In this document: positions 49,741-62,950 of the stretch, piece by piece
How the letters are laid out: each line of letters starts with the position of its first letter
How positions within the stretch are numbered: the stretch's first letter is position 1
DNA from: Octopus sinensis
Taxonomy: Eukaryota
Length of the DNA: 64,000 nt
NCBI RefSeq assembly: GCF_006345805.1
Contig: NC_043020.1
Span: 18,414,001-18,478,000, forward strand
Reading direction: 5' to 3'
Notes under the pieces: generated by a model
The model's input: only the letters and a program-made list of their open reading frames with translations
Databases searched by the model: none
Told to the model about the DNA's origin: nothing
Position numbers and translations under genes: made by a program

Positions 49741-50416
49741 GCACTAGCCACAGTTATAATTTCGCTTTACTTGATGTGTCTTCTCAAGCACAGCAAATTG
49801 CCAGATGGACTCTCCCTTTGTTAGACAATGGATGACGGTTCCACAGTTTCTTGTCAAATAACTGCACAGATGATTTGTTTATAGCTATCAAATGTTTGTG
49901 TTCACATGAGCTCACTACCTCCATCAAACTGACATTACCTGTACAGGTGCACAAGTATGCTATTCATCAGCTGTTGAATGCTCTGCCTAATCCGGGAATC
50001 AAAATTACATTCTCACCAATGTGAGGGCAACACCTTAACCACTAAGCTTTGTGTTTGTGTGTAAAAAATACATCTTAATCTCCAATATCCAAAATATGTA
50101 TGTGTATATATGTAGGTGTTGTAGATCAAACAATGAAATAGAACCCAAAACGTTTCTATATTTTTTTAAATTGGCAGGAGTTACAAAGTGACTGAAGAGC
50201 CGAGAATTTGGTAAAGTGGCATGCATGAAACACTCAGTCCTTGAGATACTTTGTATCTTCTGCCAATTAAAATATGCATATGTGCACGTACGCACACACA
50301 CACACACACAGCTCTCTCTTTCTCTCTCTATCTATCTATATATATATATATATATATATGTAAAAATAGTAGTTTAGATCATAATCTCAATATACTAAGT
50401 GATGTGTATATATGTG

Positions 50417-50448
<32 letters not shown>

Positions 50449-53109
50449 TATACACACACACATGTATATGTGTGTTATAAATATATACATAAATCAGCAG
50501 ATGAGGTTAGTACCTGGTGATATGCTGAAGCGAGATGGCCAGTATTCATGCACACACACACACACACCTACTCACATAAATGCATACATGAATTGTATGT
50601 GTATGAAGTGTGTGAAATGACATGAAATGTGGTGCTACATTAAAAGCACTGGTACTGGTGCCACATTAAAAGCACCCAGTACACTCTGTGGAGTGGTTGG
50701 CATTAGGTAGGTCACCCAGCAGCAGAAACCAAACCAGAACAGACACTGGAGCCTGGTGCAGCTCCTGGCCTTACCAACTCTGATCAAACTGTCCAACCCA
50801 TGCCAGCATGAAAAAATGGATGTTAAATGATGATGATGAAGTGTGTGTTTATGGGTTTTTTTTATGTTAAAATATATTGATGTGCTTTTATATGTTTATA
50901 AGTTTGCTGAGTGTGTACATGAAGGTAACTAATTAGTTCTTAAAGTTGCTACTGTCTGCACTGAAAAAAGAAAAAAAACAAACTAAAAGAACCATTGACA
51001 TCCAATTAGTCACCTTTGTGAATTCATAATCATAGATGTTATAGACTTTATCTCTGGATCTTCTGTCAGCATTTGATGACATACATTCAGTTGCTTTAAC
51101 TACCTACTCATCAAATTAATATGAGAATATTCTACTGGTGCAGGGATGGCTGTGTGGTAAGAAGCTTGCTTCCCAGCCACATGGTTCTGGGTTCAGTTTC
51201 ACCTTGGGCAGGTTTCTTCTGCTATAGCCTTGGGCTGACCAAAGCCTTGTGAGTGGATTTGGTAGATGGAAACTGAAAGAAGCCTGTTGTATGTGTGTGT
51301 GTGTTTGTCCCCCACCACCACTTGACAACTAGTGTTGTTGTACTTGCATTCACATAACCTAGTGGTTCAGCAAAAGAGACCAATAGATTAAGTACCAGGC
51401 TTAAGAAAAGATAAGTACTGGGGTCAATTCATTTAGCTAAAAATTTTCCATGATGGTGCTCCAGTATGGCCATAGACTAATGACTGAAACAAGTAAAAGG
51501 TAAGAGATATACATGTGCCCTCTGGTAAAATGAGAATGACACAATACATGATGAAGCTGGGCCTTTGAATTACAAATACAATATGAGGGGGCTTCTATAC
51601 AGTTTCCACTGACCCAGCTTGTCTTAATTCGTGGGTTGACTTGAGGCTGTAAGAAAAGATGTTTGCCCAAGATGCAACATGATTGAAAAGTGAACTTCTT
51701 AATTACATCCAGTCATAGACTAATTACACAAAGTTTTCTGGTCATGTGAAGACACATGACTTAGTGGTTAGTGTCTTTGGTGCACAATCAGTTGTAAGGT
51801 TGTGAGTTCAGTTCCTGGTAGGGGCATTGTGCCTTTGAGTAAGATGCTTTATTTCACATTGTTTCAGTCCACTAAGTTGCATCTGTAGTTAAAAGGGCCA
51901 ACCTTATTACATTTCGCAAATAATGCTGAATCTCCCTGAGAACTATGTTACGGGTATGTGTGTCTGTGGAGTGCCCCGCCAATTGCATTTTAATTTCAGG
52001 AGCAGTCTGTTCTGGAACCCTTGTCGTCATAACCAACAGAGTGTATCTAGTACTGAATAGTCCAATATGTTCTTTCTTCTGTAGTGCACTTGAGCTCTGT
52101 ATACAATAAGTTCATTATTATTATTTTTTTAGTGTGGTTTGAGCAAGATCTGGTCGCTATTTCTAACTGGTCAAGCTGTGTAGAGAGCCTCTACCATGTA
52201 TGATGGCTATATGGCATACACTTTACTACCGATTTGAGTGTGATTTGGCTGCTGTTTCTAACAGGTTGAGTTGTGTGATGAGCCTCTACCATTTATGATG
52301 GCTATATGGCATACACTTTGCTACTGATTTGAGTGAGATTTGGTTTTGTTTCTAGCATGGTTGATAACCATGTTATCCCAGAAAGTGTACTTTCTGCAGC
52401 TGATTTAAGTGAGATTTAGATTCTGTTTCTAACAAGTCCAGTGACCATGTAGAGGCTTTCCCCCGCCTTCCCCCTTGATGTATGAATGTATTGTTTATTC
52501 CCTAATCAGTTTGTTGCTTGCTTTGAAAGAATTGTGTCAGCAGGCAAGATGTTGATGTTAGTTAATGTGACCTAATTACCAAGAAATTTTTCAGTGATGC
52601 CTTTATTTAGCTCCGTCTACACTGATTTCGTTGTTTAAGTTAGCAATGTTTCTCGAAAGCAAGTTGAAATTTCTTGACCATTTAACTTCAACTTTTACAT
52701 GTTTTTTTTCTTTAAACTTTCGATGGATTGAGGAGAGGAATTTCCACCAGTCTTTAGGTACCCTATTACCTACATCAATAGTCCCCAAACATTTTCGCAT
52801 TATGGACTGGGCTTTTTTCCATGGACCAGTGTGTTATGTATTTAACACAAAACACAATAAAGTTCATAATATATAATCTAAATATTAAATATAATACATA
52901 TACATTACATATATAATAGGTGCAGGCATGGCTCTGTAGTAAGAAGCTTGCTTCCCAACCATATGGTTCTGGGTTTAGTCCCACTGCGTGGCACCTTGGG
53001 CAAGTGTCTTCTACTAAAGCCTCAGGAGTGTATTTGGTACACGGAAACTGAAAGAAGCCAGTTGTATCATCATTGTCAGTATTACTTAATGTCCACCTTC
53101 CATGCTGGC

Positions 53110-53143
<34 letters not shown>

Positions 53144-53879
53144 TTGTGTCTGTCTGTCCTGTACTGCTTGACAACTGGTGTTGTTGTGCTTATGTCTCTG
53201 TAACTTAGCAGTTCGGCAAAAGAGACTGATAGAATAAGTACTAGGCTTTAAAAAATATAAGTCCTGGGATTGACTTGTTTGGCTAAAACCTTTCATGCTG
53301 GTGCTCCAGCATGTCCACACTCAAATGGCTGAAACAAGTAAATGAATAAGAAAATAATACATGTACCATTCTCCCTTTCCCGGCTCGAAGGTCTTTGTCT
53401 TGGTGGTGCCACATAAAATGCGCTCATGCCAGTGTCATGTAAAATGCTCTTGTGCTGGTGCCACATATGCATTTTTGCTGGTACGATGTAAAGTGCATTC
53501 GTGCCAGTGCAACATAAAAGCACCCGTGAAGGTAGCACTCAAAAAGCACTCAGCATACTCTGTAAAGTGGTTGGCATTAGGAAGGGCATCCAGTTGTAGA
53601 AACCATGCCACAACAGACAATTGGAGCCTGGACAGCTCTCTGGCTGGCCAGATCCTGTCAAACTGTCCAACCCATGCCAGCATAGAAAATGGATGTTGAA
53701 TGATGCTGATGCTGACATTACATGTATAACACATGTATAATGCAAAAACATCTTGCAGACTGTAATAGACAAAAGAAAAATTCTTTCCATGCAGCCTGGT
53801 ACCAAATGATTCACGTCCTGGTGTTGTTCTGTAGCCCAATGTTTGAAGATCACTGTCTTACATCATCACCATATATCTG

Positions 53880-54515
53880 TATTTCTATACATTCATTGGT
53901 TGGAAGGGTACACACACGGAATTCTGTTCTTGATTCGACGGTCATTCGGAATGCTCACAGCTGCCATATTCATACTGCTCTATGTCACGCTGGTGAGACA
54001 CATATTGGAGTACAGGATTCAAGCCTCTTCTCCTTATCTCCTCAAAGACATACAGCATCTCGAAAGAGTCCAGAAGCATGGTTCTTGGTCTCAAGCATTT
54101 GTCTTATGAAGAAAGGCTGAAGACACTCGACCTTTATTCTCTAGAAAAACGCCGACGCCATGGTGATCTCATTCTTGCTCACAACATTATAAGTGGAAGG
54201 TGTAACCTCTCGAAAGAGCTGTTCTTCACTCCTGCTTCAGAACGTCGGCTGCGGGGTCACTCTGAAAAGTTCTATCTGCAACGATTTCATCTCAATCGAA
54301 GGAGAGGGGCTTTCTCCGTCCGGGTTGTGGATCTGTGGAATAAGCTGCTGGACGAGATAGTGAAGATGCCGACGACCGCTCGGTTCAAAGTCTCCCTTGA
54401 CCACAAGTGGCCTGAACTCTTTACATGAACACCACCCTGTACATAACTCCATGTCCCCCAACATGGCCTTGCTTTTTGCTTTTTAAGCCAAATAATTAAC
54501 TAACTAACTAACTAT
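53880..54515 (+). mobile_element. CR1 LINE 3' end
   Basis: LYVTLVRHILEY...LERVQK / LSYEERLKTLDLYSLEKRRRHGDLI...LRGHSEK...FSVRVVDLWNKL; (ACTA)n tail. Confidence 0.88.
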
Positions 54516-54745
54516 ATCCTTCTAGAGTACGCTAAATCAGGTGTTTCCTGTTGGCTTGTATGCTGGCATGGAGAGTTGTCAGCTGAAATACTTGGACACT
54601 TGCTTGGACAATGACCTGGCTGTGTGCTTAGGAAGGTTGCAACTATGTGGTTTTGTGTTCAGCCTCACTGTGTGACATGCCTTCTACTATATAGCTCAGG
54701 TTGACCAGTGCCTTGTGAGGGAATTTGGTAGGCAGAAACTGTGTG

Positions 54746-54979
54746 AAGGTGGCGAGCTGGCAGAAACGTTAGCACGCCGGGCAAAATGTGTAGCCATATT
54801 TCGTCTGCCCGTTACGTTCTGAGTTCAAATTCCGCCGAGGTCGACTTTGACTTTCATCCTTTCGGGGTCGATAAATTAAGTACCAGTTATGCACTGGGGT
54901 CGATGTAATCGACTTAATCCGTTTGCCTGTCCTTGTTTGTCCCCTCTATGTTTAGCCCCTTGTGGGCAATAAGGAAATA
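54746..54979 (+). mobile_element. SINE family C inserted in a family B copy, with a 12-bp TSD
   Basis: 'agaaactgtgtg' at 54734-54745 and 54980-54991. Confidence 0.85.
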
Positions 54980-55012
54980 AGAAACTGTGTGGAAACCTTT
55001 TGTGTGTATACA

Positions 55013-55581
55013 TACGAGGGGGTGCTGAAAAGTTCCTAGCATTAAGGGTATTGTGGAAGACTTGGTTGGAGGCCCAACCTTCTGAATTACAAGGCTTAGG
55101 AAAACTGAAGGATCACTGCAATAAGTGTGTGAATCTGAGGGGATTATCTCTCTCTATATAAACGGCAGTTTGTCTGTGCGTGTTTCTGTGTGTCTGTTTG
55201 CTTGTACCCTCACCCTGACCACGGCTTTCAACCGATTCTGATGAAACTTGACACACACATAGCCCAATGTCATAATTCAAAACTAACGTAGCGAAAATTT
55301 TGAAAAGTTCCCCCAGTTCTGAAAAAAATCGATAAATTCGACATGGGGTCGAGAATCAGAAACACAAATCGCAAACTGTCTAGGGGACGCAACTCCACCT
55401 TTTTTCACTCTCCAAAAAAATTTACCATAATTTTTTCCATTTTTTTGCTATTTTTTGGCTATAACTCTCTAAAAATGCTTTATAGTTATTTCCCTTACAA
55501 ACCTGAGCAACGCCGGGCGATACTGCTAGTGTTGAATAAAATCATAGTAAACTGATTGGAACTTTTCAGCACCTCCTTGTG
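55013..55581. mobile_element. Mariner-derived MITE interrupted by a Helitron
   Basis: TIRs 'tacgaggggggtgctgaaaagttcc'-like at 55013 and 'ggaacttttcagcacc' at about 55559; aligns to 11855-12075. Confidence 0.82.
55147..55529 (+). mobile_element. Non-autonomous Helitron
   Basis: A|TC...gagcaacgccgggcgatactgCTAG|T; 3' part shared with the 7919 copy. Confidence 0.85.
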
Positions 55582-55598
55582 TGTATATGTGTGTGTAT

Positions 55599-55631
<33 letters not shown>

Positions 55632-55779
55632 AAATGAATATATGTATATGTATATATATATATGTATATATGTATATATATATATGTATATATATATATA
55701 TACATATATACATACATACATACATATATACATACATACATATATACATACATACATATATATATACATACATACATAT

Positions 55780-55823
<44 letters not shown>

Positions 55824-56216
55824 TATATATATATAATGTAAGTTGGGGTGAATCCCAGTTGTTTCCTCTTGAAGCACATCTACTTATTCCATTATTACAA
55901 TACAATATGTAGTCTTTGTTGCTGCTGTGTGTTCAAAAGTACATATTAAAATTGAGAATTATGGAAATATTATTTGCAGAGTTATTGTATAGCAAAACAG
56001 GAAATTGGAAAATTTTTGGTATTATTTATTTACCATTGCATGTGTTTCATTTTCTAATAGGAATTACAAAATTTTGCATGTTAGATAGACATGTCAGGAA
56101 TTTACAATTAGAAATTCTTCAGACAGAGAAATTAGATAATACATATTATAATATATTTCCCATTAGCAAATGAAAAGCATATAATGGGGAATAAAATTTT
56201 CAATTTCCTGTTATGT

Positions 56217-56247
<31 letters not shown>

Positions 56248-57479
56248 TCATCATCCATCTGTTTTCCATGCTGGCACAGGCTTGATGGTTTGACTGAAGC
56301 TGGTATGCTGGAGAGCAGCACCAGGTTCCAATCTGATTTGACATAGTTTCCATGACTGGATGTCTTTCCTAATGCCAACCACTCCTTTATATATATATAT
56401 AGGGAAAGTTTACGAAAAAATCAAAAGACGAAGACAAGTGGTGTACAAAACAAACAGATGTATTAGTATAACGTTCAGGAATAGAAAAAGTCTTTTACGT
56501 TTCGAGCCTACGCTCTTCTACAGAAAGGTACACAGAAAAAACAAGGAGAGAAAAAAAATGTGTGTAGTGGCTAACGATCTATCATATATATATAGTCCCC
56601 CACCACTTAACCTCCACTGTAAATTTTTTTATGACTCCATAACTTAGTGTTTAAGCAGAAGAGATAAAAAAAATCAGTAGAATAAGTACCAGATTTAAGA
56701 GTAAGCATTATTGTCAATTTCTTCGTTAAACCTTTCAAGGCAGTGCCCCAGCCTGACCATAGTCCAGTGATTAAAACAAAAGTAAAAGTGATAAAAAGTG
56801 AGACTTGAACTCAAGAGCTGAAACATATAACAAAGCATCTTGTTTGATGTTTTATCATTTCACCAATCTATCGCCCTTCCCTTTAAGGGATGAAAGGCAA
56901 AGTTGATCTAGGTAGGATTTGAACTCAAAGCTTAGAGAGCAAGAACAAATACAAACCAATTATAAAAGGCACAAAGGTGGCAGGACTGGCAGAATTGTTA
57001 TTGTGCTCAGCGGCATTTCTTCCAGTTTTACGTTCTGAGTTCAAATACTACCAAGGCTCATTTGACTTTCATACTTTCGGGATTCATAAAATAAGAACTA
57101 GTCTAGCACTACAGTCAATGTAATTGATTATCCCACACAAATTCCCCCACCTCGTCCACTAAATTTCAGGTCTTTTTGCCTAAAGTAGAAAGAACTATAA
57201 GAGCAAAGTGCATCTCTTCCTTAAAATAGGAGGGCTTCTATACAGTTGCTTGTTATGCTAGAAATAGCAGCAAAATTTCCTTCAAAGTACACTGTAGCAT
57301 TTCAGAAAACAAAATAAGCATTCAGTAATGTAGTTCTAAATAGTCTGTTTGAAAAACAAAAGACGGGTTTGTTAGAGTTGGAATGCATTTGATCAGATGT
57401 CTGCTTGTTCAGAGTTGAATTGGGGCTAACCAACAGCTCCTATTTTCAGTCAGGTGGACTGAGCTTCTTGGGACTTAAA

Positions 57480-57920
57480 TATCATGAGTTTGAATAAATA
57501 AAGCACAGCATTCGTAGAGACATGTGAACTGTGAACATCTTGACCAGCAGAGAAGTACTGTACCAATTTGATCAGCTTCATTTCTGATTGCAAAGAGTGC
57601 TCTAGGTACACTGTGACATAATTCCTTTTCCTCAACAGGCCCTGCCCTGTTTAACATTGGCCCGAAAGTGATCAAAAAGGAAAAGGATCCCATCACCTTT
57701 GAACGGAGTCTGGACAGATTTCTTCACGGAATACCAGATAAGCTACCCATACCTGGATACAACTCGTGCAACAACAACTCACTACTTGAATGGACCATAA
57801 ACAAAACTTGACTTAAACAGGATTTAGATGATCCTACCAGGTGGTGCTATTAAGTTAGACATGGCCTGGACTAATCTTTGGTCGAAACATTTCTAAGTTT
57901 ATCTAAGTTTATTTATTTAT
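57480..57920 (+). mobile_element. CR1/L2-group LINE 3' end
   Basis: HNSFSSTGPALFNIGPK...FERSLDRFLHGIPDKLPIPGY...NSLLEW* (stop at 57809-57811), then 3' UTR. Confidence 0.7.
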
Positions 57921-58659
57921 GGAAATGACATGATTTAGTATTTATTTGATCATCCAAAATACTTGCACTATAAACTTCTGCATTGTTTCTGCTCCCATAC
58001 TCCAGCACGATAAAATACTGATCTGTTTGTGTTCCCATATACAGCATATACTTTTGTGGAGCTTTTTCTTTTCTCCTATGCAAGTACAATACAGTCCTAC
58101 ATTCCTGTACACTGAGTGGCTCAATGAATAACTGGACTGTTTGTGGGGTGAGGAGAGAGAGAGATCAACTATTAAGTTACTACAACTGGCATGGGCAACT
58201 TTTTCTTTTTATCTTTCAACTTCTTTCAGTTGTTAGACTGTGACCATGCTAGGGCATTGTCTGGTAGAATTTTTTGCTGAATGAATCAACTCCAGGGTTT
58301 AGTTTTTATTATGCCTAGTGCTTCTTCTATCGGTCTTGTTTTGCTGAACTAAGTTATGGGGATGTAAACAAACCAACACCAGTTGTCAAGCAGTGGTGGA
58401 CTCACGCAGACACAAAGCACCCTTCTAGAGAATGCTCCAGCATGACTGCAGTCAGGTGCATGAAACAAAAGATAAATGGTTAAAGATATATACAGGCACA
58501 GGCATGGCTGTGTGGTAAGAAGCTTGCTTCTCAACCACATGGTTCTGGTTTCAGTCCCTCAGTGTGGCACCTTGAGCAAGTATCTTCTATTATAGCCTCA
58601 GGCCAAACAAAGCCTTGTGAGTGGATTTGATAAACAGAAACTGAAAAGAACCAGTCGTG

Positions 58660-58733
<74 letters not shown>

Positions 58734-58941
58734 CTGTGTTTGCCCCCCTCCCCCCAATCATCACTTGACAACTAATATTGGTGTGTTTATGTCCCTGTAA
58801 CTTAGTTTGGCAAAAGAGTCTGACAGGATAAGTACTCAGTTTACAAAGAATGTCCTGGGGTCAATTTCTTTGACTAAAAATCGCTTTAAAGTGGTACTCC
58901 AGCATGGCTGCAGTCAAATGATTGAAACAAAAGAATAAAAG

Positions 58942-58976
<35 letters not shown>

Positions 58977-58993
58977 ACATATATATATATCTG

Positions 58994-59222
58994 ATGAATA
59001 AATATAAATTACATCAAGTACAGGACATCACCAACAAGTGAAAATTACGTAGACACACGAGCGATAAATACAGGACAAATTACCAAAAAATATACAATAA
59101 GAACAGATGCCTTGTTCTTATTGTATATTTTTTGGTAATTTGTCCTGTATTTATCGCTCGTGTGTCTGTCATTTTCACTTGTTGATGATGTCCTCTATTT
59201 GATGTATCTTATTTTTATTCAT
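58994..59222. repeat. Long palindrome with arms of about 110 bp and a 7-nt loop
   Basis: Inner 55 bp perfect (59051-59105 vs 59113-59167). Confidence 0.9.
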
Positions 59223-61099
59223 TTATAGTCGAATGCCATGCAACCTTGTCCGCAGTAAGTTTTTACTTGTGTGTGTATATCTGTATTTGTTTATGCTAGC
59301 ATGAATCTGAATAAGTGCCTTAACCGTTTGTTAAAGTACTTCATAAAGAGTATCAGATTAATCACTGATGTTGATATCATAGAGTTAAAGCTATTGAAGG
59401 CAAATGCTCCAGTCATGGTTCAGTCACTGAAACCAGTAAAAGAATAAAATAAATCTTTTGCCACCACCACCACCATCACCATTTCTATATATTTTTTATT
59501 GACAGCAGTGTATTACTTTGCTAGCAGTCAAGCAAAAAGGACAGAAGCTTGCTGTCATGCTCTATTTGTTTGGCATGTTCATGAAATAAACCATTGCTAA
59601 GTAGGGAACTTTATTCACAGTCACTATACCTGCTTGCTAGAAATAGTGACCACATCACTCTCAAACAATACCTTGACATTTTAAATGAGGAATGATGCAT
59701 TGGACAGTGTAGTCATAAATACACTATTCCAGAAAAAGCAATATAGATATATTAAAAAGGGAAAATGGGATAATCACAGGGATCTAATGATTGAAACAAG
59801 TGAAATATTGTTTTATGTTTGCTTTTTTATGCTGGTACAAGTTGGATGATTCAACATGATCCAACAGGTTGGTGGATGCTCCAATATTTCAGTTTTGGCA
59901 TGGTTTCTATGGCTGCGTACCCTTCCCGATGCCAACCACTTTACAATGTGTACTGGGTGTTATTTTTAAAAAACTTTTCTTTTTATATGTGTGTGGCATT
60001 GGTACTGGTTAAGTTGCTCTGTTACTTGCAAGACCGAAAAGCTCTCACATCAGAGAGAGTGGGGGAGGGAGGGAGGAGAAAGAAAGGGTAGAGACATTAG
60101 GCAAGGTGTTGAGAAGTTAACCCTTTCGTTACCAACCCAGCTGAAACCAGCTCTGGCTCTGAGTACAAATGTCTTGTTTTCATGAGTTTTGAAATCTGAC
60201 TCCTTCCCCATGTCAATCTGACTCCTCCCCCATGTCAGTCATCTAGACTAATTTAACCGCTTGAGAAGTACTGGATGAAAAATAAACAGCTACATCTCTG
60301 TCATTTTGCCAAATTTTAAGAGTTCCTTAACTGTTTAGCAGTCAAATTAGTTTGTTAAATGTAATGCTTATTTATTCACATTGTTTTTAATCATGCATTA
60401 TCTTGTAGCTTTGAGACTTCGATGATGTGATAGTATATTTTTGTATATATTTTAGAATGACATTGTAGGGTAGATGTGAGAGGTTGGATCTGGCCAGTTT
60501 AAATACTAAAGGGTTAAACTTTATTTACTCTAGATAGCCAGCAACAATTAATGTAGGACTAGATGTACTATAGTTGTGCTGTGTCTGCCTAAAAACCTCA
60601 GCTCCTCTTATACCAGCTAGTTGCATACCACCTACCCCGTATAAACCCTTTCAACACACTTATCTCTCTATCTCTCTTCACCCCTACAGTTCCTGTTCCA
60701 ATCAATATTTTCCCAATCCTTCTCTCCTGTCCAGTGTGTTAACTCATTGTAAATTCCTCTCCACATAACTATTGATCCCATTAGTCTTGAAGGATCTGCA
60801 AAAATTATGGCCACAGCTCTCCCTCCAGACAAAAAAAAAAAAAAAAAGTAATTGTAAAAAATATTTATGAATAAAGAAGAGATGGTCATGACTGGATACA
60901 ATCAATAAGCTAAATTTCGCTCCAACCCTCACCATCTTAGTTTTATGCAACCCCTAAAAAGATTGGTTGTCTTAGGTTTGCATGCTCAGGATTCACGTAG
61001 GTACAAATCACAATATATTATAGGCTAAAAAATACTTATAATGCCTAGTAATAGATATTTGATTTATAAATCACCCATATATATATATATATATATATA

Positions 61100-61382
61100 T
61101 ATAAGTGAGAAAGAAGCAACAAGAATGGATAGGTTTTTAGTACAATCGTTTCATACAAGGACAGGCTTTATTAAAAGTTGCAAAAATTGCAGCATTATCT
61201 ACATTACTTCATGAGTATAGCCTCAACCACTAGGATGTCTAGAGAACTCACATGTATTTTAGCTGATGAGTACGGGACACGTTTATATGCTGCAATTTTT
61301 GCAACTTTTAATAAAGCCTGTCCTTGTATGAAACGATTGTACTAAAAACCTATCCATTCTTGTTGCTTCTTTCTCACTTATA
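61100..61382. repeat. Perfect inverted repeat with 96-bp arms and a 91-bp spacer
   Basis: 61100-61195 is the exact reverse complement of 61287-61382. Confidence 0.93.
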
Positions 61383-61496
61383 ATCACCCCACATTACTGT
61401 ATTGTTAAAACCGTATAGTTTTTTTTGGTGCATCTAAGTTAGGTACCATATTCAAGTAAATTCATTTAAATTAACTTGAATCTTTATTGCTTTTTG

Positions 61497-61533
<37 letters not shown>

Positions 61534-61675
61534 CCAAGAGTTTCATGCTTGGCACTTGATAAGTGCCATGCATGAATCTCTTGATATTTGATGTATGTAT
61601 TTATATATACAATATATATATATAGTATAGCCATATATTTATATTATGTTGTATATAATATATATGATACATATA

Positions 61676-61714
<39 letters not shown>

Positions 61715-61799
61715 ACAGAATTATGAATGTTTTTGTTCTATTCTTCCTGGTCCCTCTTTCACAAGTTCCATCCACTTTAAGCAACTGGACCCTTTTTTT

Positions 61800-62950
61800 G
61801 TACAGCTGTTCTCATCTATAAGCATTATATGACCATACCAGTATGGTCTTCTCTCCTGCACACTTCATCTGCACAATTTTTCTCTCAACACATTTGCACT
61901 TTGTCATACATGCACACTGATGTTGCACATCCAACTAAGCATTCTAGCTTCATTCCTTTCTACTCTTCACATCTCCTCTGCATTTAAATCCTGCATCTCC
62001 CCACTATGTAGCATTGCTGCTTGTACACAAGCATCATACAATCTGCCTTTCTCTCTGAGAGTGAGACCTTTTGTTATCAACTGAGGCAATAGCTCTCTGA
62101 ACTTTCTCCATCCGGTTCTTACTCTGTTGACTCTACTTTCAGAACATCCTCCCCCACTGATATTTAGGTTACCTACTTAACAGAAACTAATCTTTTATCT
62201 CCAGGGAACCTCTTGAGAAACTGTATTTCCTATGTATTCTTAGTATTTATTGCGTCTGCTTATCTTCTACATATAAAGTCTATTTTTCTCTGTTAATCCT
62301 CCTGTGATTCCACTGCACCTCTTGTGTGTCTATAGTTTGCACTGGGTTGACCATATGGAATTTCTACTTACACCTTACATATTGAGCAGGGTTTTTTCCT
62401 GATGGGAATGGACTCCTCTCTATTTTCCTGCTTATTAGAACTTTCTTTACTAAATTAATTTTAATTCCAGGTTTTGCTTCCGCACCTGAAATTTCTTTTC
62501 TGGTTCTACTACAAGTTCCACAATAAGAATGAAGTCATCTGCATGTAGTAGTTCCCAAGGGGAACTGGTCTTAAATACCTCTGTTATGGCTTTGAGGACC
62601 ACAATGAAATGAAGGGGAATGAGTACCAAACCTTGGTAAACTCATTACTGTACTTATTAATCCTCACCTGGCTGACAACTTCTTCGTACCTGGCTTGTAT
62701 GGCTCTAACAAGCCATTTATCTGCTCCTAGCTTCTTTGGCAACCACCAGATCACAGAGTAAGGGACCCTATCGAAGGCTTTCTTTAGGTCAATGAATGCT
62801 AATTATAGCAGTTAATTTTAGCTAAATACCTCTCCTGCATGCCTTACTAGGAAGAAAGTATTGGTAGTGCTTCTCTCTGGCACATAAGCAAACTGCATCT
62901 CATCTAAGCTGATTCTTTTCCTAATTTATTGAGCTATAACTTTCATGACC
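61800..62950 (-). mobile_element. Decayed RTE-clade LINE (RT domain and downstream region)
   Basis: FIVVLKAITEVFKTSSPWELLHADDFILI (YADD-like) near 62530-62600; INAFIDLKKAFDR-like motif near 62770-62810; many stops. Confidence 0.75.

Noticed and set aside
49282-49824. Cys/His-rich repetitive ORFs resembling a metal-binding protein
   Set aside because: All three frames are open because of the 26-bp minisatellite; there is no splice or start context.
55495-55912. I/Y-rich ORFs
   Set aside because: (TA)/(TACA) microsatellite.
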